From: Archaeoglobaceae archaeon
GTDB lineage: Archaea > Halobacteriota > Archaeoglobi > Archaeoglobales > Archaeoglobaceae
Reading direction: 5' to 3'
Assembly: GCA_015520485.1 (NCBI GenBank)
Contig: WAPX01000053.1
Location: forward strand, 27,336 to 91,335
DNA length: 64,000 bases
The position numbers were made by a program, and so were the translations under genes. Positions 29,860 through 39,520 of the stretch are shown here, in pieces; position 1 is the first letter of the stretch; each line of letters opens with the position of its first letter. The notes under the pieces are model-generated. The model saw only the letters and a program-made list of their open reading frames with translations, searched no databases and was not told where the DNA came from.

Positions 29860-30732
29860 TCATTCGTCAAGCCCGTACTTCTTCGCGTTCTCGTCAGCTA
29901 TCCTCTGCAGTTCGGCTATTACCTCCTTACCCTTCGGATGCTTGAACAGGTGCCTGAACCTTCTCTGAGGTTTGAGGTACTCTTCCACAGGTTTTCTGTC
30001 CTTTATTTTTCTGACTCTAACGAGCTGTCCGTCCTCGTACTCCACAAGCGGGTAGAGCGCTGTTTCTACCGCCAGCCTCGCTACCGGTATTGCCTGCTTT
30101 CCAGCTATTCCCCAGCCCGTAACGCATACCGAGTGTATTTGAAGGTACTTTGGCCCTTCAAACTCCAGAGCTCTCTTGGCTTTCCTCGTTATGTCTCTCG
30201 GGAAAGCCACGCTTGCGGTGGCAACATATCTGGCTTTGTGAGCTAAAGCAATCGAAACCATGTCTTTCTTTGGCTTTACTTTGCCCGGCAAAACTTTCCC
30301 GGCCGGAGTTGTTGTTGTGTTGGAGCCGGGTGGAGTTAAACCGCTCTGCTGATTTCCGGTATTTTGGTAAGCCTCGTTATCAAGGCAGACGTAGAGCACG
30401 TCATGCCCTCTATCGAACATTCCCGAGAGGCAGCCTATACCTATATCAGCAGTCGCTCCATCTCCAGCGAATACAACTACAGGCCCCTCGTCCTTCCTTC
30501 CAAGAGCTTTTAACGCCGCTTCTATTCCTGCCGCTACAGCAGCGGAGTTTTCAAACACGGAATGAATGTAAGGCACGCCCCACGCACTTTTACCGTACTG
30601 AGAGCTTATGATTTCGAGGCAGCCGGTAGCGTTTGCGACGAAGCACGGGCCAGTTCCTTCAAGAACGCTTTTAACTGCTATGGGAAGGCCGCAACCGGGA
30701 CAGGCTCCATGACCCGAACCGAAGAGCTTCAC
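29860..30732 (-). CDS. porB: 2-oxoacid (likely pyruvate):ferredoxin oxidoreductase beta subunit
   Basis: GACPGCG and the TPP-binding motif GDGATADIG..NEAYQNTG. Gene order is G-D-A-B. Confidence 0.88.
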   Translation of the reverse strand: MKLFGSGHGACPGCGLPIAVKSVLEGTGPCFVANATGCLEIISSQYGKSAWGVPYIHSVFENSAAVAAGIEAALKALGRKDEGPVVVFAGDGATADIGIGCLSGMFDRGHDVLYVCLDNEAYQNTGNQQSGLTPPGSNTTTTPAGKVLPGKVKPKKDMVSIALAHKARYVATASVAFPRDITRKAKRALEFEGPKYLQIHSVCVTGWGIAGKQAIPVARLAVETALYPLVEYEDGQLVRVRKIKDRKPVEEYLKPQRRFRHLFKHPKGKEVIAELQRIADENAKKYGLDE

Positions 30733-31913
30733 ACTATCACCTCTTCACAGTCTTTGAGCCCTCTAAAGTACGTTCCGGGCTCCACCCTGTTCTCCATGAC
30801 TTCTTCAACTACGCTCTTTACGAGTTTGTGCGGAACATCTCTCCCTCCAAGTCCTACAACTGGCGAGTAAACGTCGATCGCTTTCTTGTGTATCGCAGAT
30901 TTAACGTCAAGAGTTACCGGAGCGTCGCTTCCCATCGACAAACTTCTCTCGAAAACTATCACCTTTTCAGCGTTATCGACTGCTTTTGCAATTTCTTTCG
31001 CGGGGAACGGTCTGAACGTTCTTATCTTTATGAAACCGACTTTTTTACCTTCGTCTCTCATCTCCTTAGTCACTTCTCTGGCAAGCCCCACGAGAGAACC
31101 CATTGCCATTACGCATACATCAGCATCCTCGCAGTTCTCCGCAACTATGTGTCCGCCCCAGTCTCTACCGCTGACCTCAGCCCACTCTTTGTACACATCC
31201 TCTATAACCTTTCTCGACCTGTCCATTGCCCTGTAAACGGCAGCCCTGAACTCCATGTAACTCGCGGGAGTTGCGTAACTTCCGAAGGTGTAGGGTTCCT
31301 TGGTCGTCATTTTGACAGGAGGATCGTACGGGGGCAGGAATTCGTCAACCATCTCCTGACTAAGCAAATCAACAGGTTCGTAGGCGTGAGTTAGCTTGTA
31401 CCCGTCCATGCAGACCATCATTGGCAGCATTACCTTGTGGTTTTCGGCAATCTTGAAAGCCTGAGGCATCATGTCGTGAACTTCCTGGTTGTTCTCGACG
31501 TACATCTGTATTATTCCGGCATCTCTCATGGCCATGCTGTCCTGATGGTCGTTCCATATGCTGAGCGGAGCACTTAGAGACCTGTTGGCTATTGTGAGCA
31601 CTATTGGCAGCCTCATTCCAGCGGCGCACCACAGTACCTCGCTCATGAGTATCAATCCCTGAGAGCATGTTGCAGTGTACGTTCTCGCTCCGGTTGCAGA
31701 TGCCCCGACGAGAATGGATGCCGCTCCAAATTCGGATTCGGCTGTTATGTACTCGCAGTTGCCGAGTTCTCCGTTGGCGTACATCTGGGCTATGTTCTCG
31801 ACTATTTCTGATTGAGGAGTGATCGGATAAGCGCATATAACGTCGGGCCTGCACAGCTTGACGCTGTGGGCAACAGCATAAAAACCTCTGACAACTCTCA
31901 TCATAGATATCAC
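30729..31913 (-). CDS. porA: 2-oxoacid (likely pyruvate):ferredoxin oxidoreductase alpha subunit
   Basis: 394 aa. AYPITPQSEI motif and 4-nt overlaps on both sides. Confidence 0.88.
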   Translation of the reverse strand: MISMMRVVRGFYAVAHSVKLCRPDVICAYPITPQSEIVENIAQMYANGELGNCEYITAESEFGAASILVGASATGARTYTATCSQGLILMSEVLWCAAGMRLPIVLTIANRSLSAPLSIWNDHQDSMAMRDAGIIQMYVENNQEVHDMMPQAFKIAENHKVMLPMMVCMDGYKLTHAYEPVDLLSQEMVDEFLPPYDPPVKMTTKEPYTFGSYATPASYMEFRAAVYRAMDRSRKVIEDVYKEWAEVSGRDWGGHIVAENCEDADVCVMAMGSLVGLAREVTKEMRDEGKKVGFIKIRTFRPFPAKEIAKAVDNAEKVIVFERSLSMGSDAPVTLDVKSAIHKKAIDVYSPVVGLGGRDVPHKLVKSVVEEVMENRVEPGTYFRGLKDCEEVIV

Positions 31914-32218
31914 CCTTTGTAAAGTTCTTTAATCTCCATTTTAATTGCCTCATGCCTGCAGACGACGCTGCAGGTTCCACAACCCTTGCAGTAATCGTAG
32001 TTTACCTTTGCGACTTTCTTTTTCCTGCCCTTCTCGTCAACCTCTCCAGTTTCCACGAGCTCTATGCAGAGGTCCGGGCAGTAAACCACGCAGTCCCCAC
32101 ATGCTTTGCAGTTCTCTTCAATTACAACTGGATACTCGGCACCCCAGTCCCCAGTCTTTACTTTCAGAGATTCCAATGGTCTGGAAACGGCACCGAGCGT
32201 AATTCTGAGTTTTTCCAC
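31910..32218 (-). CDS. porD: 2-oxoacid:ferredoxin oxidoreductase delta subunit (2x[4Fe-4S])
   Basis: CKACGDCVVYCP and CKGCGTCSVVC motifs. 102 aa. Confidence 0.88.
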   Translation of the reverse strand: MEKLRITLGAVSRPLESLKVKTGDWGAEYPVVIEENCKACGDCVVYCPDLCIELVETGEVDEKGRKKKVAKVNYDYCKGCGTCSVVCRHEAIKMEIKELYKG

Positions 32219-32254
32219 CTTACCACCTCTTTAAACAAAACATTTCAAACAATT

Positions 32255-32887
32255 TTACTTCTGCACGACAAGCTCCGGAAGCTTCAAACCTAGTTCCTTA
32301 ACTTCGCCCCTTCTCTCTTCAAGCATTCTGTAGGCTTTTTCCACAAGATCGGCGTTTTTGTTTGCTATTTCTTCACCCTTCTTTGAGAACCACTCAAGAA
32401 TCGTTTCCCTTAAAGTTTCAAGCCTGACCAGTCCTGTGAGGCCTGCAAATGCCCCGACCATCACGGTGTTTGTTATGGGCCTTCCGAGGTACTCCATTGC
32501 GAGCTTGGTTGCATTTATTGCAAACACCTTGACTCCAAGCTTCTCCTCGAGTTCTTTCTCTCTCGGATAATTCGCCACAACGAACCCACCTTCCTTGAGA
32601 CCCGAAACGACGTTTACCGATTCCATAACCGTTGGGTCGAGAACGACAACATAGTCCGGTTCGTATATTTCATCCCTCAGCACGACAGGTCTGTCAGAAA
32701 CCCTCAGAAACGATGCCACTGGCGTTCCTCTCTTTTCAGCGCCAAACGTTGGAAAAGATAGAGTGTAAAAACCTTCCTTAAAAGCAGCTACGGCCAGCAC
32801 ATCAGCAGATGTTACTACACCCTGTCCACCTCTACCGTGGAATCTTATCTCCAGTAGAATAAAAATCCCCCCAATACTTTGCGACAA
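32255..32887 (-). CDS. porG: 2-oxoacid:ferredoxin oxidoreductase gamma subunit
   Basis: IRFHGRGGQGVVT motif near the N-terminus. The start may lie a few codons downstream. Confidence 0.85.
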   Translation of the reverse strand: MSQSIGGIFILLEIRFHGRGGQGVVTSADVLAVAAFKEGFYTLSFPTFGAEKRGTPVASFLRVSDRPVVLRDEIYEPDYVVVLDPTVMESVNVVSGLKEGGFVVANYPREKELEEKLGVKVFAINATKLAMEYLGRPITNTVMVGAFAGLTGLVRLETLRETILEWFSKKGEEIANKNADLVEKAYRMLEERRGEVKELGLKLPELVVQK

Positions 32888-32940
32888 AAAACGTAGAGCT
32901 GTTTAATAAATTTTGTCATTATTGTTTATTGTGACGCGTT

Positions 32941-33807
32941 ATGTCACTCGAACTAAGTTTTAAATATCTGCCCACCCAATGTTTGAGCCAGTCGAGAGTG
33001 ACGGTGGTAACGGTGAGCGAGGAGTTTACTCTTACGGAGCTTGCAGAAATTCTCGTGATGATAAGGAAAAAGCTACTGAAAGTTTTTGCTATAATCCTGG
33101 TAGTGTGGTTTATCAGCTTTGCTTTTATTGCAGATCCACTGGTGTTAAAGATAAAACACGATTTACTACCAAAAGGAGCTGAACTGATATACAGAACTCC
33201 TCTTGAAGGTTTTATGCTCAAGATGAAGATATCCCTCGCACTCGGCGTAGTTGCGGCTATACCTTACGTTCTTTACATAGCTTACAGAACGCTTAAAGAT
33301 AGAACGGACATACTGAAAAATTTTGAGTTTACAAAAGGACAATCTGTAAAGTACGGCATAGCATCAGTGTTGCTCTTCATTGCCGGAGTCGCTTACGGAT
33401 ACGTAATCATGCTGCCAATTTTCATGAAGTTCCTTTTCAACATGGCTCAGAGCGAGGGTGTTCTCTCCTACTACACGATATCTGACTTTATTATGTTCGT
33501 CGTGAAAATGCTGCTCGTTTTCGGGCTTGTTTTTCAGATGCCATTGGTTATGATTTTGCTCGTCGGAAACGGAATTGTAAAGTATTCAACAGTAAAGTAC
33601 TACTGGAGGCATGTAGTCGTTGCGATATTCACAATTGCTGCTATAATAACTCCACCGGATGTTTTAACGCAGCTAATGGTTGCAGGACCGATGGTAACCT
33701 TCTTTGGCATCAGTCTGGCAATAACTAAACTCGTTTACAGGAATAAAATAAAGCAGGAAATGGAAGTGGAAAAGAAGACAGTAAAAGTTGCTGAAATCCA
33801 CGGATAA
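32941..33807 (+). CDS. tatC: twin-arginine translocase subunit TatC
   Basis: Six TM helices. N-terminal LTELAEILVMIRKKLL matches the TatC H-L-x-E-L-R-x-R-L pattern. A GTG at 33013 (MSEEFTLTEL) is the more likely start. Confidence 0.85.
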   Translation: MSLELSFKYLPTQCLSQSRVTVVTVSEEFTLTELAEILVMIRKKLLKVFAIILVVWFISFAFIADPLVLKIKHDLLPKGAELIYRTPLEGFMLKMKISLALGVVAAIPYVLYIAYRTLKDRTDILKNFEFTKGQSVKYGIASVLLFIAGVAYGYVIMLPIFMKFLFNMAQSEGVLSYYTISDFIMFVVKMLLVFGLVFQMPLVMILLVGNGIVKYSTVKYYWRHVVVAIFTIAAIITPPDVLTQLMVAGPMVTFFGISLAITKLVYRNKIKQEMEVEKKTVKVAEIHG

Positions 33808-33854
33808 TCGATACTTGCAAAAGAAAATAAGTAAAAAAAACAAAGGCTGAGAAC

Positions 33855-34607
33855 ATGCTGGTTCTTGCAGGAACCGGAGTTCACGACGCAAAAGACATGT
33901 CGCTGAAAGCTTTAGAGGTGGTTGCTGAGGCAGACTCTGTTTACGTCGAAATGTACACGTCCATTCCCGCTTCAAGCCTGCGAGAGATCGAAGGGGTCGT
34001 GGGAAGGAAGGTAAAGGTCCTCGAAAGAAGCGATCTGGAGGAGAACTCCCGCAAAATAATAGAGGAGGCGAGAAGGAAAAAAGTGGTGATTCTCGTGCCG
34101 GGAGATCCGATGGTGGCAACAACCCACTCCGCTCTGAGGCTCGAAGCTGAAAAGGCTGGAGTTGAAACTGAGGTCGTGCACGGGTCGAGTATTTCTTCTG
34201 CTGTCTGCATTACGGGGTTGCAGTTTTATAGGTTTGGAAAGACTGCGACTGTCAGCTATCCTGCCGGCTCGAGAGTTTCCACGTATCCGGTTGACGTTGT
34301 CAGGCGAAACTGGGGTATAAACGCCCACACACTGCTCCTCCTGGATTTAAATCCCAGACCCATGCGGGTTGGCGAAGCTGTTGACCTGCTGTTTCAGGCG
34401 GGAATGGAGAACTGGTTTGGCGTTGCCATCGCTGATGTGGGCGGGAAAAACGAAATGATGTGTGACAGGCTTGACAGGCTCAGGAGCTTTGAAAGCGAGG
34501 GTCTGCACTCACTTATAATCCTCGCCAGAACACTGCACTTTATGGAGTTCGAGTGTCTGAAGGCTTTTGCAAACGCCCCGGACGAGCTCGAGGAAATAGT
34601 GGAGTGA
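33855..34607 (+). CDS. dph5: diphthine synthase
   Basis: Tetrapyrrole-methylase fold: LAGTGVHDAKDMSLKALEVV..ADSVYVEMYTS, PGDPMVATTH. Confidence 0.9.
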   Translation: MLVLAGTGVHDAKDMSLKALEVVAEADSVYVEMYTSIPASSLREIEGVVGRKVKVLERSDLEENSRKIIEEARRKKVVILVPGDPMVATTHSALRLEAEKAGVETEVVHGSSISSAVCITGLQFYRFGKTATVSYPAGSRVSTYPVDVVRRNWGINAHTLLLLDLNPRPMRVGEAVDLLFQAGMENWFGVAIADVGGKNEMMCDRLDRLRSFESEGLHSLIILARTLHFMEFECLKAFANAPDELEEIVE

Positions 34608-34618
34608 AAACCCGGAAT

Positions 34619-34680
34619 GACTCAGAACTCAATACCCTCATCACAGCGTTAAAGCTCAGAGGGGTCCTTTCATCATCGTC
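34619..34680 (-). ncRNA. candidate C/D box sRNA
   Basis: Minus strand reads GACG-ATGATGA(C)-AAGGACCCCT-CTGA(D')-GCTTTAACGCT-GTGATGA(C')-GGGTATTGAGTT-CTGA(D)-GTC. All four boxes are perfect consensus and in the right order. GAC/GTC forms a terminal stem. The 62-nt element lies in the dph5-argG spacer. Confidence 0.6.
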
Positions 34681-34748
34681 CAATTTACTCTTTCTGCAAA
34701 ACTAAATTAAATTGTCGGTCGATAGTTTTTTAATCGAAAATCGGAACT

Positions 34749-35930
34749 ATGGTCATGAGTAAGGTCGTGCTCTCGTATTCCGGAGGTCTGGACACAACTG
34801 TGTGCATTCCTTTACTCAGAGAAAAATACGGTTTTGAAGAGGTAATTACAGTTACCGTTGACATAGGTCAGCCGAGAAGCGATATTGAACTGGCGGAAAA
34901 GAGAGGGAAAAAATATGCCGACAGGCACTATACGGTGGACGCCAGAGAAGATTACGTTAAAGCCCTTTTTCAGCTAATAAAAGCGAATGGAAATTACGAG
35001 GGTTACGTTCTCGGTACAGCCCTTGCAAGACCCGTAATCGCCGAGAAAATAGTCGATATAGCGAGAAAAGAAAACGCAGAGGTTATAGCACATGGATGTA
35101 CGGGAAAGGGTAACGACCAGCTCAGGTTTGAGAACGTTTTCAGACAGTACGGCTTTAAAGTAATAGCTCCGATGAGGGAAATGAACCTGACAAGGGAGTG
35201 GGAAATCGACTACGCTCAGAAACACGGAATAGAAGTCCCCGTAACAAAGGAGAAACCCTACAGCATAGACGAAAACCTGTGGAGCAGAAGTATAGAGGGA
35301 GGCAGGCTTGAAGACCCATCATACATTCCGCCAGAGGACGTATTCGAGTGGACTTCTATCTCAGATGAAGTTTCGGACGGGCAGGAGATCGTGGAAATAG
35401 GGTTTGAGAAAGGGGTTCCTGTCAGCCTGAACGGAGAAGAGCTCGATGGCCTTGAGCTGATAGACAGACTCAACAGACTTGCGGGAAAGTACGGAATTGG
35501 AAGAACTGACATGATTGAGGACAGGGTTCTCGGGTTTAAGGCGAGAGAGAACTACGAACATCCCGCTGCCACTGTCCTCATAACGGCTCACAGAGATTTA
35601 GAGAGGCTCGTACTCTCCCGCAGGGAACTGAAGTTCAAGAAATTCGTGGAGGAGGAATGGGCTGAGCTCGTTTACTACGGTTTAACAAACGATCCTCTGT
35701 TCGACTCTCTGAACGCGTTCATCGATAAAACCCAGGAGAGAGTGACGGGCTGGGTAAAGCTCAGGCTTTTGAAGGGAAGCGTCATGCCGGTTGCAAGGGA
35801 TTCTCCGTATTCGCTGTACAGGGAGGAGCTCGTCTCCTTCGACAAGTTTGGTATAGACCAGAAGTACGCTGAGGGCTTCTCAGTCTTTCACGGCATTCAG
35901 GGCAGGATATACAGGATGCTTAAAAAGTGA
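34749..35930 (+). CDS. argG: argininosuccinate synthase
   Basis: [15 protein letters not shown]-PPase motif and [15 protein letters not shown]. Confidence 0.93.
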   Translation: MVMSKVVLSYSGGLDTTVCIPLLREKYGFEEVITVTVDIGQPRSDIELAEKRGKKYADRHYTVDAREDYVKALFQLIKANGNYEGYVLGTALARPVIAEKIVDIARKENAEVIAHGCTGKGNDQLRFENVFRQYGFKVIAPMREMNLTREWEIDYAQKHGIEVPVTKEKPYSIDENLWSRSIEGGRLEDPSYIPPEDVFEWTSISDEVSDGQEIVEIGFEKGVPVSLNGEELDGLELIDRLNRLAGKYGIGRTDMIEDRVLGFKARENYEHPAATVLITAHRDLERLVLSRRELKFKKFVEEEWAELVYYGLTNDPLFDSLNAFIDKTQERVTGWVKLRLLKGSVMPVARDSPYSLYREELVSFDKFGIDQKYAEGFSVFHGIQGRIYRMLKK

Positions 35931-36005
35931 GTTGCAATTTTTTGATTTTAATTTCGATAGTTTGCCAGTTCATCAATTGCTTAAGTTGTTTAAAATACTC
36001 AGAAA

Positions 36006-36470
36006 CTAAAAGGTAAAAATCCAGTAAGGTCTTCTTCCTATCCTGTAGCCGTAGTAAAGACCTGTGAGTATTCCGGCGAGGTGTGCGGAATACGCTATTC
36101 CGGTAGCGGAGCTGAAAGGCATTGACAGAAGGTTGTAGAGAATGAACAGCAGGAGTGCAACCCTTATACTCAGAGGAATGAAAAAGAACAGCAGAACTTT
36201 TATTTCGGGTGCAATTATTGCAAGAGCGGCCATAACCCCGTAAATGGCTCCACTCGCTCCGAGTGCGGGGTAAAAACTGTGAGTTGCGTAACAAAACGCC
36301 AGATATCCGAGGTTACCAGCTATTCCGGAAACAAGAAATATTTCCAGGTATTTTCCACTGCCAACTCTTCTCTCAAGCTCTCCTCCGAAGAAAAAGAGAA
36401 CGATCATGTTAACAAGGTAGTGTCCAAAACCACCGTGGAGAAATATTGCCGTTACAAGCTGCCACGGCAT
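36006..36470 (-). CDS. rhomboid family intramembrane serine protease
   Basis: GASGAIYGV (GxSG) and HLAGILTG motifs, plus the FLHGGFGHYLVNM motif. The frame stays open upstream to nt 36707 and encodes a TM1-like helix, but no ATG/GTG/TTG occurs there. Confidence 0.75.
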   Translation of the reverse strand: MPWQLVTAIFLHGGFGHYLVNMIVLFFFGGELERRVGSGKYLEIFLVSGIAGNLGYLAFCYATHSFYPALGASGAIYGVMAALAIIAPEIKVLLFFFIPLSIRVALLLFILYNLLSMPFSSATGIAYSAHLAGILTGLYYGYRIGRRPYWIFTF

Positions 36471-36907
36471 GTAGGCAACTCTGGTAGGCCAGAGCGCGAA
36501 GTAATTAATTATCTGTGGAAAAACGAGCTCGAGGAAAAATACAACCGTGCATATGCCTATTATTATGTTGTTGTACCCGTAAGCAGCCAGTCCTCTTCTC
36601 GGAGGGGGATACGGAGAGCTGTACCTGAAAGCCCTTTTTCGCTTTACCTTAACAGGTATATCCCAGTCGTCGCTGGAGTTCGTTGGAACACCTCCCAGCT
36701 TTTGACCTTAACTTACCCCAATTAACTGTTTTTCAGGTTAGCAGAGTTGTATTTAACTGTTTGCCAGCTGTTTGTGCCTTACGGAAGTTCACGTTTTCGG
36801 AATTCAGGTTCTGTGCAGTTTATATTAGGTATAAACATTTACTAAAATTTAGATTTCAAACAACATAAAACAAAAGCTTAACTAACTTTCAGGTGTAACG
36901 CAATCTG

Positions 36908-37612
36908 GTGATGACCATGGTTAAAATAACGTGGCTCGGGCATGCGGCTTTTTTGATAGAGGGTAGCAAGACTGTACTCATCGACCCATTTATAACGGGA
37001 AATCCAGCATCTCCCGTAAAACCTCAGGACCTGAAACCGGACGTGATAGCAGTGACTCATGGGCACGGAGACCACGTTGGAGATACTGTGGAAATAGCCA
37101 AGGCAAACAACTGTCCGGTTGTGTGCATCCACGAGCTGTCGAGGATACTGGCAGATGCTGGCGCTGAAAGTGTTGGAATGAACATCGGCGGTACCGCTGT
37201 TGTGAATGACGTAGCTTTTACGATGACCCCAGCACTGCACTCTGCAGACGTGGAAGCTGGAGGAAAAATAATCAGTGCCGGATGTGCTGCGGGTTTTGTG
37301 GTTGGGCTGGATGGTGTAAAGATCTATCACGCCGGAGACACCGGAGTTTTTTACGACATGAAGCTCATAGGCGAGCTTTACGAGCCAGATGTGGCTCTTC
37401 TCCCAGTAGGAGACTGGTACACAATGGGTCCAAAAGAGGCTGCAAAAGCAGTGGAGCTGATAAAACCGAAAGTGGTAATTCCAATGCATTACGGAACATT
37501 TCCTGTAATATCTGGAAGCCCTGAAGAATTCTCGAGACTCGTTGAGGAATGCTGTCCGGAAGTTAAGGTCGTTGTGCTGAAGCCGGGAGAAAGTTTTGAA
37601 TATCAGCAGTAG
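36908..37612 (+). CDS. UPF0173-type metal-dependent hydrolase (MBL fold)
   Basis: MVKITWLGHAAFLIEG..VLIDPF and VTHGHGDHVGD. The probable start is the MVKITW ATG at nt 36917. Confidence 0.85.
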   Translation: MMTMVKITWLGHAAFLIEGSKTVLIDPFITGNPASPVKPQDLKPDVIAVTHGHGDHVGDTVEIAKANNCPVVCIHELSRILADAGAESVGMNIGGTAVVNDVAFTMTPALHSADVEAGGKIISAGCAAGFVVGLDGVKIYHAGDTGVFYDMKLIGELYEPDVALLPVGDWYTMGPKEAAKAVELIKPKVVIPMHYGTFPVISGSPEEFSRLVEECCPEVKVVVLKPGESFEYQQ

Positions 37613-37626
37613 CTGCCGGTTCATCT

Positions 37627-37995
37627 TTAAATTTTTTCAACAATTCTGTCCATCTGGTTAACGAAGCTCTTTATCTCCTCTATCTCGCTTTTTAACGACT
37701 TTATAACACCGTCCACATCCTCCCTTATTATTGCCCCGTACTGCGTGGGCTCTATTATGCCGGACTGCTCGAGCACCCTTAAAGAGTACCTTATTTTGTG
37801 CCTTGGCATGTTCATTATCTCGGATAGCTTGAATATACCTATTGGCTGATTCTCCATTACCGTCTGCAAAACCTCCAAATGCCTCAGCGCGATTTCAGCT
37901 TCCTGTTTCAACTTTTTTAACACCATGCTACTTGATAGCCTGTCTAATATAAAATACTTTTGAACTGCTGAGGCTGAACGGTCTCGATATTGCAC
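37627..37995 (-). CDS. small winged-helix transcriptional regulator
   Basis: LRHLEVLQTVMENQPIGIFKLSEIMNMPRHKIRYSLRVLEQSGIIEP is a wHTH. The likely start is the internal MVLKKL at nt 37926. Confidence 0.65.
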   Translation of the reverse strand: MQYRDRSASAVQKYFILDRLSSSMVLKKLKQEAEIALRHLEVLQTVMENQPIGIFKLSEIMNMPRHKIRYSLRVLEQSGIIEPTQYGAIIREDVDGVIKSLKSEIEEIKSFVNQMDRIVEKI

Positions 37996-38136
37996 CTTGT
38001 GCTTGTGTGCCGTTCCTTATTTAATAAATCTCAGACTCCTATAGTGCCGCTTCGGAATTCATTAAAACAGAGATAATTAAATTACCAACAAGAATCCTTC
38101 AGTAACTCAAAAATCGGAAATTGTGACGCATCAAAA

Positions 38137-38560
38137 GGCTGTGTCAAGTTAACACCTCCAGCAATTACAGTGAGCCATGAAACTCTCCAACCAGCTCTGA
38201 ACCTCTTCGTTCTCTCCTTAAACCCAGAAAAGAATCCTTCTGCGGCATTTCTCTCGAGGTTTCGTGTCTGTATTCTAAACCAAGCCTCTGTAAAGCCTCT
38301 GTGCAGGATCCTCTATCAACGACGATTTCTGGCTTATTTTCGCAGTGTTTAAGGATCTCTTTAAGGAAAACGTAAGCTTCAAAGCTTCCTCTACCTTCAG
38401 AAGCCATACAGCATTCCTTCGAATCAATCTACAGCAGCCCATACAAAGATCTGTTTCTTCTCAAGTTTTTATCTTTGTTTCATCTATTGCAATAAGCCTT
38501 CTCTTCCTCTTTCTCGGTCGCTTTAAGACTCTGAGTTACCTTCACAAATTTACCTTGTCA
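38137..38560 (-). mobile_element. second decayed IS6-family-like remnant (broken transposase)
   Basis: KPEIVVDRGSCTEALQRLGLEYRHET... and, upstream, LIAIDETKIK-stop-EKKQIFVWAAVD. An end-like sequence TGTGTCAAGTTAACACC lies at about 38139. Alignable by eye with 12004-12470. Confidence 0.6.
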
Positions 38561-38608
38561 TTTGTTATCGTAATTTTTTTCAACAGAGCGATCATTACAA
38601 AATACTAT

Positions 38609-39229
38609 GAGTTTAGAGAAAATTTGGGAAGCAGTTAGGAGATTCAAAAGCTCCAGATACTATGCAGATGCTGAATGGGGATCGTGTCAGATCTAGGAAG
38701 GTAAAAGAATTTGTGGAGAAGTTGATAGAGGACTTTTCTGGACTCGATGGAGACCGATTTAAAGAAGAGCTTAGGAACTTCTTTCAAGAGCGTTCAATGG
38801 CAAGGGTGCGGCCCAATTCCTAAAGAGATTGTTGAAAATAATGATTCTACCAAGCTTGCTCTGGCCTTGGTGAATTTACACTTCTCAGAGACGTCAGCTG
38901 AAGAGCGGATAAAGAAATTGATGGAATTACACTCCGTTGGCCCCTTCGTTGCAACTGAACTTGTTGCGTTATTTGATGGAAATTATATCTGCTACCATGA
39001 TAACTTGGTAGAGGCCTTAAAAGACCCAATGATAAAGCAAGTAGTGGAGTATCTGGAAATAGATATGCCAGAAAAAGTCAAAGATGCTGGTAATATTGAA
39101 GATTCTTTAAAGCTAAACGAGATATGCAAGGCGATCAGGAACATTTTCAACTTTAGAGACCTATGGGAAGTTCATGAGTTTCTATGGCACGGCAAGGACA
39201 CGAACTGGAGATTTCAAGATGCACACTAA
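38609..39229 (+). pseudogene. frameshifted gene of unknown function
   Basis: The reading frame continues across three frames: MSLEKIWEAVRRFK..., then DRVRSRKVKEFVEKLIEDFSG..., then the 160-aa ORF 38747-39229. AT-rich. Confidence 0.4.
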
Positions 39230-39235
39230 AGGAGA

Positions 39236-39520
39236 TTAAAGATAGCTTATTGAACTAAAATTGGAGAATAGTTTTGTTATATCTTTCTTTTTTAAACCCT
39301 TCTCAATAAGAGCCTTGACTATCGCTCGCTCTATTTCAAATACTACTTTTGAATACAGTTCGTAGGTATTCTCTTGTAATTTCTCCGGGTCCTTTATTGT
39401 CTTTAACCTATTTAGAGATTGGCTGAGCTCTTTAATGCATTTAACTATCTCTCTCAAAGGTAAAGAATCCAATTCTATTAACTTAGCAATTTGTGCTACA
39501 AGGTTTATTGATTCCATCAT
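39236..39520 (-). CDS. hypothetical small helical protein
   Basis: 94 aa, AT-rich. Its start overlaps the stop of the upstream 62-aa ORF by ATGA. Confidence 0.35.
   Translation of the reverse strand: MMESINLVAQIAKLIELDSLPLREIVKCIKELSQSLNRLKTIKDPEKLQENTYELYSKVVFEIERAIVKALIEKGLKKKDITKLFSNFSSISYL

Noticed and set aside
30828-31980. ORFs 30828-31394 (+, 188 aa) and 31369-31980 (-, 203 aa, other frame)
   Set aside because: They overlap porA, which has clear family motifs. They are Arg/Ser-rich alternative-frame artefacts.
35931-36005. TGATGA and CTGA boxes on the - strand in the argG-rhomboid spacer
   Set aside because: The order is CTGA then TGATGA, with no outer C or D boxes. It does not make a C/D sRNA.
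36878-37624. 248-aa ORF on the - strand
   Set aside because: It lies exactly antisense to the well-supported UPF0173 MBL hydrolase (36908-37612). Its Cys/His/Phe-rich, low-complexity translation is typical of a shadow ORF.
12004-38560. Composite transposon formed by the two IS remnants
   Set aside because: Both copies are truncated and their transposases are broken. The intervening 26 kb is core metabolism (complex I, glnA, por, argG, dph5). Independent old insertions are more parsimonious; the pair is kept only as a low-interest rearrangement substrate.
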